Shown here in pieces: positions 40,657 through 50,649 of a DNA stretch of 64,000 bases. This DNA is from a virus: IMG/VR virus record IMGVR_UViG_3300033146_001643, positions 1 through 64,000 of that record; one strand, 5' to 3'. The translations under genes and the position numbers were made by a program. The notes beneath the pieces were generated by a model. That model was not told where the DNA came from. It saw only the letters and a program-made list of their open reading frames with translations, and made no database searches. The stretch's first letter is position 1. The number at the start of each line of letters is the position of its first letter.

Positions 40657-41303
40657 TTATGTATTGCTCCATCAAAATCAATATCTATTCTCCATATTCC
40701 TGTTATTGTACTAACAACTGCCTCGTGATGATATTCTCCTGCACTATCATCACTTTCGCCAACTATACCTATATTAAGTAATTCTACTGGTATCATTAGA
40801 CCTTTTTGATAAGTAATTCCTAGAAATGTTGTATCTCTAAGTAATTCTAACGTGTAATTTTGAGTTTTAAATGTATATTTATTAATATTAAATATTTTTT
40901 TACTAATATATGGGGTTACTTCTTTTTTATTAATTAATACAAATTTACCTGTTTTTAGTTTTAGTAATATAGTATTTTCAGGTAAGTCATTGAGGTATTC
41001 AACTTCAACTCCTATTTGTTTAAATACGGTAACATCATCTACTATGAGGTTTTTTAATCTTGTATCAGATAAAGTTACCTTTTGGTATTTAGCACTTTCT
41101 TTATGTATGTACCATTCTTGTTCTAGGACTACATATTTTGTTTGGTCTAATAATCCCCAAATATCTGGCATATTATCAATATTTGTAATATTTAATAGTA
41201 TACCCCTACAAATAAATGTAGTTGTTGTTAATCTTGTTATTACGTCCCCAACTTGAATGGTTGGTGGAGTATTTGAATATATTTTTAATAGTTTATATTG
41301 CAT
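40653..41303 (-). CDS. Hypothetical protein
   Basis: 216-aa ORF coupled (ATGA overlap) to the next gene. Confidence 0.6.
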   Translation of the reverse strand: MQYKLLKIYSNTPPTIQVGDVITRLTTTTFICRGILLNITNIDNMPDIWGLLDQTKYVVLEQEWYIHKESAKYQKVTLSDTRLKNLIVDDVTVFKQIGVEVEYLNDLPENTILLKLKTGKFVLINKKEVTPYISKKIFNINKYTFKTQNYTLELLRDTTFLGITYQKGLMIPVELLNIGIVGESDDSAGEYHHEAVVSTITGIWRIDIDFDGAIHK

Positions 41304-41447
41304 TATAATTATTTTTATATATATATTTATTTTTAATTACCTTTTACGTATTAGTTTATAGTGCAGAGTTAATTGATTTGAGTGAGGTTATTATGTGCAA
41401 CGAAACTAACCGATATATATAATAGAATTAAAATTAAACAATTACAA

Positions 41448-41504
41448 ATGAAACGAGAAATAAAACTCGTAACATTTGCTATTATTTACATGCTTGTTTA
41501 TTAA
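41448..41504 (+). CDS. Candidate small hydrophobic peptide (18 aa)
   Basis: MKREIKLVTFAIIYMLVY*, preceded by the A-rich leader AATTAAAATTAAACAATTACAA. Opposite in orientation to the flanking genes. Confidence 0.35.
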   Translation: MKREIKLVTFAIIYMLVY

Positions 41505-41555
41505 TTTATTTTGTTATAATTTTAAATATTTAAAAAAATTAATAATTGTAAAAAT

Positions 41556-42053
41556 CTAATATGTATTTACATACCCAATTAAATTTCTATGGTTATTTAT
41601 TTCCCATATAAACTTAATTCCTAATCCAAACGTAGCATTGAATTTGTTATACACACTATATTTAATATAAGGTAACATAGTGTATGTCGCTCCAATAATA
41701 ACACTCGTATAGGTTAATTTATTTGTAACATTATAGCCTACTAAAGTTCTGGCGTAAAATAATTTTGTACTTATGCCTAACTCTGTGCCAATTACTATCC
41801 TATTAACATAATCAAAATTAATAATAGCTGCTACAGTATTAGTGTATGGGATAGCAGTTAATTTAATATAAGCTATACCTGTACTTAAATATAAATTATT
41901 TACTTTACTACCAATTACTGCATTATACGTTATATGAGTATTTATGTTATGTATGCCTATATTATAAGAGTTATCGCCACTTAAAAATATATTTTGTGTA
42001 TATGCTTGTGTTAATATCATAAGCATAATAATTACTATTATTCCTTTTTTCAT
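41556..42053 (-). CDS. Exported, probably outer-membrane beta-barrel protein
   Basis: Signal peptide MKKGIIVIIMLMILTQAYT-Q, alternating amphipathic strands, and a barrel-like last strand ATFGLGIKF. Confidence 0.55.
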   Translation of the reverse strand: MKKGIIVIIMLMILTQAYTQNIFLSGDNSYNIGIHNINTHITYNAVIGSKVNNLYLSTGIAYIKLTAIPYTNTVAAIINFDYVNRIVIGTELGISTKLFYARTLVGYNVTNKLTYTSVIIGATYTMLPYIKYSVYNKFNATFGLGIKFIWEINNHRNLIGYVNTY

Positions 42054-42063
42054 ATTATTCAGT

Positions 42064-42357
42064 TTAGTTATTAATTAATGTTAATTCTCCGTCCCATTCT
42101 TTATCATTTAGATAAAGAATTTTATTTTTATGGTATACATGCACTCCATGTATACCATTTAAGCGTCTTTTAGTTACTGATGAATCCCACCCACATGTTT
42201 GTATTAAAGTATCCTTAGCGCAAAATTTACGTGCAATTAAGTTGTCATGTAAATACATATCTACACAACAATTTGACACTACTACACGTGTATTAGCTTT
42301 ATGATAATTTTCCGTATCGCGAAAAGCAATTGCTGCTTCAGTTGTTATTTTATTCAT
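42064..42357 (-). CDS. Conserved phage hypothetical protein
   Basis: NTRV...YLHDNLIA...GWDSSVTKRRLN pattern seen in a widespread small phage protein family. Confidence 0.65.
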   Translation of the reverse strand: MNKITTEAAIAFRDTENYHKANTRVVVSNCCVDMYLHDNLIARKFCAKDTLIQTCGWDSSVTKRRLNGIHGVHVYHKNKILYLNDKEWDGELTLINN

Positions 42358-43603
42358 TATACGTTTGTTTAGCTATATCTTTAAATATAGCATTTCTATC
42401 TTCAATAAGCATATATACAGCCCTAGCTAGTTCCCAATAATTATTTTTATTAAAAGTCTTACTTACAAATAATGTATTTTTATACTTGTCAGCAACTATT
42501 GCTACATTACTTATTTCCGCTAGTTTTACTTCAAATGTAATGTTTAAATTTAACTTAGATACAAGTTCTATTATATGATCCTCTATTGATATTTTATTAG
42601 TATCAATTATTGATTCTTTAATAATAGGGATTACTGATACAGTTTGATAATTTGTTTTTTGAGCAACTTCTAATATAAACTCGCCAATTTTAGCCCTACT
42701 ATCCCTACTTATTAATTCTTTTAAATCCTTTGATATATTTAATTTATTTTGACTATATAATTCATTAATAACAGACATTACTGTATAACTACATGAACCA
42801 TAATACCAGAAAGAGTCTTCAAATGTACCGATTGTATTATTACTAAAAAATTTAGTACTAAAGGTAATATTATTGTTATTTAAAATTCTGTTTACAATTA
42901 TATCTTTATAATCGGAATAATTTAATAATTGTCTCATCTCGTCTAATTTAGCTTCTTTCCAGTCATATAAATATAGTGCTTTAATATTATTATCTGATTT
43001 TATTAATATACCTTGTTTATATAATTTTAATGTACCAGTTATGTTTTCATAAATAGTTAAATCATTTGTTTCCAAAATTTTAGGTGTATCATAATTTAAA
43101 AAATAATTATCCCAGTTATTTATTGCAGTATTTGAATCATTATTACTATTATTTATGATAATAGTAGTAGTATTAGGTAAGTAATAATTATTTAGTGGCG
43201 GTGTAAATAAAAACTTTACATCACCACCTTCATCTAAACAATTGCTATATATTTCTCTAAAAGCATGCCATACCTCCCAATTGTGTCCTAATTGAACAGC
43301 AAAAGCAGTTTGATGTGCACTTATAAATTTATCATTTAGATACACATTTAACATTAAAATATGTTTATGCTTACTTGTTGTTGTATCTTTAATTGTTTTA
43401 GCTGTATAACAATATTTATATTGCCCCGACCATATAGTAAAATCTATATTGTGTCTGTATAATATAGCTATTGCATATTTTAATCCAGAGTCGAATTTAC
43501 CAATTTTAGTATCATCATCTCTTTTACTGCTATCCCCCATTGTAAGTAAATCCAGAGTAGTTAATAACCCTGGATTACTGAAATTTAATGCTTGAACTTT
43601 CAT
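42350..43603 (-). CDS. GHKL (Hsp90/histidine-kinase-like) ATPase with permuted motif order
   Basis: SNPG and MGDSSKRDDDTKIGKFDSGLKYA (G boxes) precede WHAFREIYSNCLDE (N box). Confidence 0.7.
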   Translation of the reverse strand: MKVQALNFSNPGLLTTLDLLTMGDSSKRDDDTKIGKFDSGLKYAIAILYRHNIDFTIWSGQYKYCYTAKTIKDTTTSKHKHILMLNVYLNDKFISAHQTAFAVQLGHNWEVWHAFREIYSNCLDEGGDVKFLFTPPLNNYYLPNTTTIIINNSNNDSNTAINNWDNYFLNYDTPKILETNDLTIYENITGTLKLYKQGILIKSDNNIKALYLYDWKEAKLDEMRQLLNYSDYKDIIVNRILNNNNITFSTKFFSNNTIGTFEDSFWYYGSCSYTVMSVINELYSQNKLNISKDLKELISRDSRAKIGEFILEVAQKTNYQTVSVIPIIKESIIDTNKISIEDHIIELVSKLNLNITFEVKLAEISNVAIVADKYKNTLFVSKTFNKNNYWELARAVYMLIEDRNAIFKDIAKQTYNE

Positions 43604-43867
43604 CTATAAATATCGTTTAATTAAATTTTTGATACTTTTATGTTCTAGTTCATAATGAGCTAAATTTTGTTCTTGTATCAATATATCACGCCCAAGTACA
43701 ATGGCAGGGTCTAATAAAATATCTTCTATAACCCTTTTAATTTTATTTATTTCTTTTTGATTATTAAGTAATAATAAATTAAGGCTAATTCTGTCATCTT
43801 CTGCTAATCTTTGTATATTAACGTCTTTGTTGTTTTTTGATTCTGTAATTAATTCACTTCGTGTCAT
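43604..43867 (-). CDS. Hypothetical coiled-coil protein
   Basis: 87-aa ORF within the operon. Confidence 0.6.
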   Translation of the reverse strand: MTRSELITESKNNKDVNIQRLAEDDRISLNLLLLNNQKEINKIKRVIEDILLDPAIVLGRDILIQEQNLAHYELEHKSIKNLIKRYL

Positions 43868-43886
43868 AATATTAATTTTTAATTAT

Positions 43887-44198
43887 TTATAATTCTATAT
43901 TAGTTGATTCTTTATTATTTAGATATAATTTTAAAGTATTTCTCATTATACTGTATTTTGAATACTCTGTTAATAGTTCTTGTAGGGTTTCACTTATATA
44001 TCTAGGTAATTCATCTCCCCAATCACCACTATTTGGTAAAATATCTTTATTAGGCATAGCTATTATCATACCTAATTTTAATTCAATTGTGTGTATGTAG
44101 TTAGTAATATCAGAGAGTAGTTCTAATATATCTTCTAGTGCTGGTGTTATGGAATCCGCCTCTATTGATAACTCGGTGGTAAAATATATTTTATTCAT
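43887..44198 (-). CDS. Hypothetical protein
   Basis: 103-aa ORF within the operon. Confidence 0.6.
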   Translation of the reverse strand: MNKIYFTTELSIEADSITPALEDILELLSDITNYIHTIELKLGMIIAMPNKDILPNSGDWGDELPRYISETLQELLTEYSKYSIMRNTLKLYLNNKESTNIEL

Positions 44199-44349
44199 CG
44201 CGTAAAGATTTTAATATTTCTAATAGTACGTACCAATTAAGTATTGGTATAAATGCTAATATTAAAACGTCAAATCTATCTGCTGCCATAGTAACTATTA
44301 CTGGTATTATATATAATACAATTAGTATTAATGTTGTTTGTGTGTACAT
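44191..44349 (-). CDS. Small two-helix membrane protein (52 aa; not in ORF track)
   Basis: MYTQTTLILIVLYIIPVIVTMAADRFDVLILAFIPILNWYVLLEILKSLRDE*. Its stop overlaps the start region of the next gene. Confidence 0.6.
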   Translation of the reverse strand: MYTQTTLILIVLYIIPVIVTMAADRFDVLILAFIPILNWYVLLEILKSLRDE

Positions 44350-44350
44350 A

Positions 44351-44464
44351 TTAATTAGTTAAATAAAATTTGAATGTATAATCATCTTTTCTAAACCCTA
44401 ATTGGTCTAGTATAGATATTTGACTTATTGTGTACTTATTTAGATTACCTATATAAATAATCAT
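44351..44464 (-). CDS. Small hypothetical protein (37 aa; not in ORF track)
   Basis: MIIYIGNLNKYTISQISILDQLGFRKDDYTFKFYLTN*. The stop lies 1 nt before the next ATG. Confidence 0.45.
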   Translation of the reverse strand: MIIYIGNLNKYTISQISILDQLGFRKDDYTFKFYLTN

Positions 44465-44522
44465 TTTGTACAGCAAAACTGATTTCGTTTTCTTGCCCCT
44501 TTAATTAATCTAGTTAATTTAA

Positions 44523-45566
44523 TCATACCTTATCCAATCTAAAGCCTATCATTATTGGAAATCTTGGTATATCATCATTAGTATACTCAAAAAATCGTAA
44601 TTCTGCTATTTTATTTATATATTTATTTTTATTAGTTAGTAAATCTGTTTTTTCAGCAGTAGTCATTTTTACCCCCGCTTTGAATTTTTTACCAGCAGCA
44701 GTTTCAAATACAGGTATCCCTATATTATGATTTTTATCACTAGCTATTACATCTTTTAATGGTAAAGCCTCATCTATAAACTCTTTATACTTTAATAAAG
44801 AATCACTGCGTTTATTCACCTCATAACGCTTATTACCATGTCTAATAATAATTCCCTCGTACCCAGCTTCTACAAACTCTATAAATTTAAGCATTATCTC
44901 TTCTTCACTAAATACAGTTGTCGTAGGCACTATTTCTATATTATTTTTAGTCGCTATTAACTCGAATAAGTCGTTAAATCTGTCTACAAATGGTTTATCA
45001 CTAATCATATCATATACATGATATTTAACAGTTACACTATCATTCCTGTGTTTTTTAATTAATCGCATATTCTCCTGGAACGATAGCCCATGAGCATATA
45101 ATTCCCCATCAATATATGGCAAAATTCCAGTTAATTCTGTTGCTATATGCGGTAATGTGGTTATAGGTGTATTTTTCCTAGATAACATTACTTTATTATT
45201 AGCAATACACCGCATACCATCTAATTTTGGTTGTACAAAACATGGATAATTAATTTTATGCTTATGGTCTTTAAATTGTTTAGCTAACATAGGTAAAATA
45301 ATACTTGAATCACTAGCTTCTTCTTCAGTTAAGAAATATCCCTCTTTTAGCTTTTTCGCTTTTATGCTAGCTAATTCTAATAAAGCTTGTTCACTACCAG
45401 TAGTTTCATTATTTTTCCCGATATTTTTAGGTGTACAAGTTCTAATTGTCTCCGTTAATTTACCGTGTAATATACCACTAGTCATTAATAAGTTATTAGC
45501 GTTTGTAGTTAAGATTAATGTTCTAATTTTACCTTTAGTATCTTTTTTATATAATTGTGTTCTCAT
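44523..45566 (-). CDS. ATP-dependent DNA ligase
   Basis: Motif I QPKLDGMRC, DGELY, YHVYD, EGIIIR, LLKYK and a C-terminal OB-fold PRFP. Confidence 0.93.
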   Translation of the reverse strand: MRTQLYKKDTKGKIRTLILTTNANNLLMTSGILHGKLTETIRTCTPKNIGKNNETTGSEQALLELASIKAKKLKEGYFLTEEEASDSSIILPMLAKQFKDHKHKINYPCFVQPKLDGMRCIANNKVMLSRKNTPITTLPHIATELTGILPYIDGELYAHGLSFQENMRLIKKHRNDSVTVKYHVYDMISDKPFVDRFNDLFELIATKNNIEIVPTTTVFSEEEIMLKFIEFVEAGYEGIIIRHGNKRYEVNKRSDSLLKYKEFIDEALPLKDVIASDKNHNIGIPVFETAAGKKFKAGVKMTTAEKTDLLTNKNKYINKIAELRFFEYTNDDIPRFPIMIGFRLDKV

Positions 45567-45593
45567 AATGATTATTTGATTTACACACCGCTA

Positions 45594-46409
45594 TTACCCG
45601 AAATCCGCACCTTCTTGTAATAATACAGGTGGCTGACCAATAGCTTTAGTTTCATTTTTATAAATTTTGTCCCAGAAAAAAGAAAATCCAAGTTCTCTCG
45701 CATAAGTTGTTATTAATACCTTTTTGTTCCGTAAATGTGGTGAAGATGACCCTACTAGATGGTCTCCTCCACCTTCAAAACTTATGTATGTATTATTTTT
45801 TTCCCTATAAAGAAACCCTACTGCTTCAGCATTAGCTAGGATAATTCTACCTAGTTTACCAGATAAGTCTAATTGATGTTTATTCATTACATCATCTTCA
45901 TCTAGCGTTTTGTCTTTGGTATGTCCTATAAGTATTAGGTATTTAAAATATTTTTTAAGTTCATTTATAATATTTTTATATACCATTCTAATATAAAAAT
46001 ATCCTCCACCATTAGGTAATTCTCGAATATCGGCGTCTAAATATTCACCAGTTTGTTTATTCTTTTTATAATTTTTACCCATAGATGTAGACCTGTATTT
46101 AGTTAAAGCCAAGCTTAAACATAAATGTTCCAAATCTGTTGCTGTATCTATAATTCCAAAAGTATAAGCATAAGGTTTTTTATCCGATATAGCTTCTCTA
46201 AGTAATAATATTAATTCTTTTAAATCTTTTGGTGTATTAATTGTTACAGCTTTAGTTGCTACATATTGTTTAGAGTTATCTAAGTCAATATGTAAAGCGT
46301 CTTCTAATCCTTGTATAGCTGTAGTTTTACCTGATTTCGGCTTTCCAGTTATAACAAGAAATTTAGGATTAGCTTCTTTAATCATGTTTCGTTTTTTTGG
46401 TAATTTCAT
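45594..46409 (-). CDS. AAA_24-family (Sak4-like) ATPase
   Basis: Walker A GKPKSGKTT, IIDTAT, LPNGGGY, LILIGH and DLSGK. Confidence 0.8.
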   Translation of the reverse strand: MKLPKKRNMIKEANPKFLVITGKPKSGKTTAIQGLEDALHIDLDNSKQYVATKAVTINTPKDLKELILLLREAISDKKPYAYTFGIIDTATDLEHLCLSLALTKYRSTSMGKNYKKNKQTGEYLDADIRELPNGGGYFYIRMVYKNIINELKKYFKYLILIGHTKDKTLDEDDVMNKHQLDLSGKLGRIILANAEAVGFLYREKNNTYISFEGGGDHLVGSSSPHLRNKKVLITTYARELGFSFFWDKIYKNETKAIGQPPVLLQEGADFG

Positions 46410-46669
46410 ATTATAACAATATGTTCGTTTATGTTGTTTATTTTATTAATCCCCTTTACATGAATATCAGTAAAAGCTTTATTATTTGAAATAAAGGCAT
46501 CAAATAATTTATACCTAGTGTGTAATTTTTTAATGTTCGCTATTTTAATATTTATATTATCTATAACAGCTATTCTAGGTGTGGTCATATTTAGTTTATA
46601 CACAGCTAAATTACCATGCTCTTTATGTATTTGTATTAGATTGGTTATTAAATCTTCTAATGTTCCCAT
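46406..46669 (-). CDS. Hypothetical protein
   Basis: 87-aa ORF overlapping both neighbours. Confidence 0.55.
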   Translation of the reverse strand: MGTLEDLITNLIQIHKEHGNLAVYKLNMTTPRIAVIDNINIKIANIKKLHTRYKLFDAFISNNKAFTDIHVKGINKINNINEHIVII

Positions 46670-48750
46670 ATAGTTGATATTACTGGTTCTGCTGTCATAG
46701 GTATTATATCACAAAATACTTTTCCAGCTTTTTCCATTGAATATTTTATTATATCATTTACTAACTCACTATACTCTGGACTTGTTTCTATTAAAATTTC
46801 ATCATGTATTTGAGCTATTAACATCGCTTCTGTAAATAAGTTATTTTTTATTAGCTCTTTTCTTGCTATATATAAAGCTGCTTTAGTCATATCTCCAGCT
46901 GTACCCTGTGTAGGAGTATTCATTGCTAGTCGTTTATACAGCGAAAATAACTTAATAAACGCATACAGGGTATTCTTATTTACTTTATATTTAAAGGTAT
47001 TTATTTTGTTCCCTTCTAGTAAGTTATTTTTTAAATCTTTTACTAATATAGTACCTATTTTTGTCGTTAGTGTTTGTTCATATACTTTATATTTGCTGTA
47101 ATTTGGTAATTTTCTTTTTCTGTGCGTGATATTATTAATCATAATATAACCTCGCTCTATAGATATTTCAGCTATATCTCTAAAATATTTTTTTTTAACA
47201 GGGAAAGAATTAATGGCAGCATTGTATAATTTTTCAGCTTCAACTAATTTAATATCAAACGATGTAGCTATAGTTTTTGTACTACCACCATAGTCTAATT
47301 TAAAATTTAATGTTTTTGCCATACTTCGTTTTTTTTGTTTAAATTGTTCAGAGTACCCTGGATCATTTTTAGAAATAGTTTGTGGTACACCTTCTATCAA
47401 TTCAAACATAATATTAGCTAATAAAGAGTGTAAATCACCGTCCCCATGTAAAAAGAAATCTATTAATTTTGGGTCTTTACATTTATTAGCTGTGATACGT
47501 AATTCTTGTCCTGAATAATCACAATTAATTATTTTATTATTATTTGCTGGTGTAAAACATTGCCTAACTTCTTTATCTGATGGTATATTTTGAATATTTG
47601 GTTTAAAACTACTAGTTCTACCAGTGGAGACTATTTGATTAAATGACGTATATAATCTACCATTATACACATGTTTATTTATAAAAGCCTTACCGTAAGT
47701 ACCCACAGCTTTAGTATATTTTCTAAACTCTAGTAATATTTTTATTATTGGGTGTAAGTCAATATTAGCCATTAAAACGTTTTTTCCAACACTTTCTTTT
47801 TTTGTAGCTTTATCTATCAAATCTATATTTTTAATACGTCTTAAAAGAGCTAATACTTGCTTATTACTATTATAATTTATAGTTATTCCAAATAATCCTA
47901 ACTCATCATTTTTATACAATTTAGTTTTTTCAACTATTATATTTAATTTATTAAATGCTTCTAATTGTTTATTTTTAAAAACAGTCTCTAAGTTTAACCA
48001 TTTTTGTACATCTATTGGCATACCATTATACTCCATATCCCCTAATGCTAGAGATACTTGTGCTTCAAATGTGGCTAAATTAAAAATGTTATTTGTAATT
48101 GTAAACTTATTACGAAATCCATTTTTTTGTAAATCTATATCTTGTTTAATTAAAACTTCTAATGGAGCTATTATATCTTGTACACCATATAAGATATGTT
48201 GTAATTTATAAGGAGCACTTCCTATAGATAAAAACATTTTAGTAGTTTCTTTATCTAAAGCTATATTAAAATAATCATAATATACCCCAGCCATAGAAAA
48301 TTTACTAAAGCCATGTTTCTTTCTATAAATAGAATTTTTAGCCGTATCAGTTTCTCCACTATCTAGTATTTTACTATTTAGCAAAATATCCTCTGCTATA
48401 TCTAATGTAATATTATATTGTTTTAACATGTTATAATCAAATTTTAAATTAGCCCCATAAAATTTATAATTTGAAAGTAACGTTTTTAATCTTGTTATAT
48501 TATAAAGTCTAGTATCTATTACTATTTGATTATTAATGTTACCTAATTGTAACATTATTACTTTATCCTTGTGTGGAGATAAACCTGTAGTTTCTGTGTC
48601 TAATATTACTGGTGTATTTTCTAATAGTATATTTTTTATAATATCAAACACGTAAAAATTATTTACATATTTTATTGTGTATTCTTTGTTTAAAATAGTT
48701 ACTTGTTTATCAGGATATATATTCATATCCCCTACATAACAATATATCAT
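46657..48750 (-). CDS. polA: Family A DNA polymerase with 3'-5' exonuclease
   Basis: ExoI DTETTG, NLKFD, TGRTSS...NIQNIP, motif A DYSGQELR, motif B RSMAKTLNF...YG and motif C QIHDE. Likely start is ATG 48750; the ORF extends to 48810. Confidence 0.95.
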   Translation of the reverse strand: MIYCYVGDMNIYPDKQVTILNKEYTIKYVNNFYVFDIIKNILLENTPVILDTETTGLSPHKDKVIMLQLGNINNQIVIDTRLYNITRLKTLLSNYKFYGANLKFDYNMLKQYNITLDIAEDILLNSKILDSGETDTAKNSIYRKKHGFSKFSMAGVYYDYFNIALDKETTKMFLSIGSAPYKLQHILYGVQDIIAPLEVLIKQDIDLQKNGFRNKFTITNNIFNLATFEAQVSLALGDMEYNGMPIDVQKWLNLETVFKNKQLEAFNKLNIIVEKTKLYKNDELGLFGITINYNSNKQVLALLRRIKNIDLIDKATKKESVGKNVLMANIDLHPIIKILLEFRKYTKAVGTYGKAFINKHVYNGRLYTSFNQIVSTGRTSSFKPNIQNIPSDKEVRQCFTPANNNKIINCDYSGQELRITANKCKDPKLIDFFLHGDGDLHSLLANIMFELIEGVPQTISKNDPGYSEQFKQKKRSMAKTLNFKLDYGGSTKTIATSFDIKLVEAEKLYNAAINSFPVKKKYFRDIAEISIERGYIMINNITHRKRKLPNYSKYKVYEQTLTTKIGTILVKDLKNNLLEGNKINTFKYKVNKNTLYAFIKLFSLYKRLAMNTPTQGTAGDMTKAALYIARKELIKNNLFTEAMLIAQIHDEILIETSPEYSELVNDIIKYSMEKAGKVFCDIIPMTAEPVISTIWEH

Positions 48751-48834
48751 ACCTAATTGAATAAAAAACCAAAGAGTATCATTAGAAGTACATAATCTAT
48801 TTACGCACAAATAATAACACTCTTTGGTTATTAA

Positions 48835-49302
48835 TTATCTTACTTTAGTAAGTACTAATCCTGTGGTATCTTTACCAGTAAGGATTATTTTTATTAATTT
48901 TGCTTTATCCGCTGTGTCTGTTATAACTTCATCATTTAAAGTTATTTTGTACTCCTGTCCCTCGCTACTATTAATTGCAGCTAATAATAATAACAAAGCT
49001 TTATATAAATCTATTATTATAGTATCGTCAGTTATTCCTTTAAGGAGTATATTTGATACTAACGTAATTGTTTGCTCAATATTATTATTTATAAAAGCCA
49101 TTGCTGCTTCTAACAGTGAATTTTGTAGAATTATATGTTTAATTCTCGCAAAATTGTTTACACCAAATTTAAAATTTTTAGCTCTGCATGAACTTGTTGT
49201 TTCTATCAAAGCTCTAATCGTTTCTATTTGGGTACTTATAGCAACATCTGTTAATTCAGTTACTAGCGTAATAATAGTTTCATTAACTTTATTATTTTCC
49301 AT
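48835..49302 (-). CDS. Hypothetical helical protein
   Basis: 155-aa ORF coupled to the upstream gene. Confidence 0.6.
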   Translation of the reverse strand: MENNKVNETIITLVTELTDVAISTQIETIRALIETTSSCRAKNFKFGVNNFARIKHIILQNSLLEAAMAFINNNIEQTITLVSNILLKGITDDTIIIDLYKALLLLLAAINSSEGQEYKITLNDEVITDTADKAKLIKIILTGKDTTGLVLTKVR

Positions 49303-49805
49303 TATTGTACATTTAATTTTTTATATTCTTTATCTAATTCTACTATTTCTTCCCAATAAGGTTTGGAAGAATTTTTTACTATATCATAGTATTTATCCCC
49401 TTTTTTAATATTAGAACGATTTAATTTAGCATATCGTTGTGCCAAATACATTCCAGAAGTATTTGGCTTTAGTGCTGGTCGTACTTTTATAACTGGTTTA
49501 TTTAATATAGACACAGTTGGTTGTTTTATACTAGTTTCTGTTGTATCTACTGGAATTAAAAATCTAGGGGCATTACCTGATAAATTAGTACTAATTATTT
49601 GTATAGTACTTTCTATAATTTCTTTGCTAATTTTGATTTTATCTTTGCATAATTTAATATTATGTAGAATACTTCTGTATTTACTAGTATTAGTTTCATT
49701 TTTACGTTCTAGTTTTACTTTTCTACGTTGTTCTAAACGTAATTGATTAGTATAATAAACTAATTCACTAGCGTTATTTTTTATGAATACTTTTTTTAAA
49801 TCCAT
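49302..49805 (-). CDS. Hypothetical basic protein
   Basis: 167-aa ORF with an A-rich leader. Confidence 0.6.
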   Translation of the reverse strand: MDLKKVFIKNNASELVYYTNQLRLEQRRKVKLERKNETNTSKYRSILHNIKLCKDKIKISKEIIESTIQIISTNLSGNAPRFLIPVDTTETSIKQPTVSILNKPVIKVRPALKPNTSGMYLAQRYAKLNRSNIKKGDKYYDIVKNSSKPYWEEIVELDKEYKKLNVQ

Positions 49806-49841
49806 AATTTTTACTTTAATTATTTAATTACTCAAAAAATT

Positions 49842-49905
49842 ACACACCATAGCCTTCTTCTACATAATGTAACCAGAGAGTGCCCTTTCTTCTGCTACAG
49901 TGTGC
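49842..49905 (-). ncRNA. Candidate cis-regulatory three-way-junction RNA in a 5' leader
   Basis: 12-bp P1 GCACACUGUAGC/GCUAUGGUGUGU with G-U pairs on the minus strand. It encloses a hairpin with a GGCA tetraloop and UACA-UUA-UGUA. Confidence 0.45.
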
Positions 49906-49911
49906 TTAATA

Positions 49912-50061
49912 TTATTTAGCAGCGTTCATTTTCTCTAAAACAATATTAACCTTTACTTTATTACTAAGGCTGATTTTAGCTCTAGTAATAATATTAATGT
50001 CGTCAGATAATGCTTTAGCATAAAGTTTTGCTACTAATTGTTTTTTACTTTTTATTTTCAC
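49912..50061 (-). CDS. Small basic protein (49 aa; GTG start; not in ORF track)
   Basis: MKIKSKKQLVAKLYAKALSDDINIITRAKISLSNKVKVNIVLEKMNAAK*. Confidence 0.4.
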   Translation of the reverse strand: MKIKSKKQLVAKLYAKALSDDINIITRAKISLSNKVKVNIVLEKMNAAK

Positions 50062-50311
50062 AGCTTATTAAAAATTTCTTTTATTAAGTATTTTGTTAAT
50101 TTTTTATAAAATGATACTATATTGCCGTCCTTATAAAAACAGTTATATACTGCCTCTAATTCTATTTACAGCATTAATTATATGCTATATGTTATATTAA
50201 ATACTAATCACTCAAGACGTTGTCTCCTGGGTGTAGTACTTCAATAAAAAGCTTTTATAATTTCTACTATTTTTTCTGTTTTTGCAATAGTTACATTATA
50301 TAGTGTTATAA

Positions 50312-50647
50312 TTATTTCCATACTTTTATTTTTTCTTGCGGGTATAGTGTACAAATAGTTAAATAATCAGTTGCTGCTTGTAATAAATTAGCATATTCTC
50401 CCCACTTATTAGCAGGATTAAATTGTTTATAGTATTCTGGATTATTTTGTAATTTTAAAATACCTTTAGTTAAATAAGGTATTAATTCTTTGCATTTAGT
50501 AATGCCCAATTCTTCTGGTCTCCACATACACTTATACAACCCGACTTCCATAGCCATTTTATTTAAGTTATGTGTTATATTGACTTCAAATAGAGTTTCT
50601 TCTACTAATTGAAGCTTTTTTCTTGTTATTCTTATATCTAAACTCAT
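50312..50647 (-). CDS. Conserved phage hypothetical protein
   Basis: MSLDI...NITHNLNKMA...WRPE...FNPANKWGEY, a widespread phage family pattern. Confidence 0.7.
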   Translation of the reverse strand: MSLDIRITRKKLQLVEETLFEVNITHNLNKMAMEVGLYKCMWRPEELGITKCKELIPYLTKGILKLQNNPEYYKQFNPANKWGEYANLLQAATDYLTICTLYPQEKIKVWK

Positions 50648-50649
50648 AT

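Noticed and set aside
49842-49905. Hammerhead ribozyme
   Set aside because: It is a three-way junction, but the CUGAnGA and GAAA core is not present in the correct arrangement.
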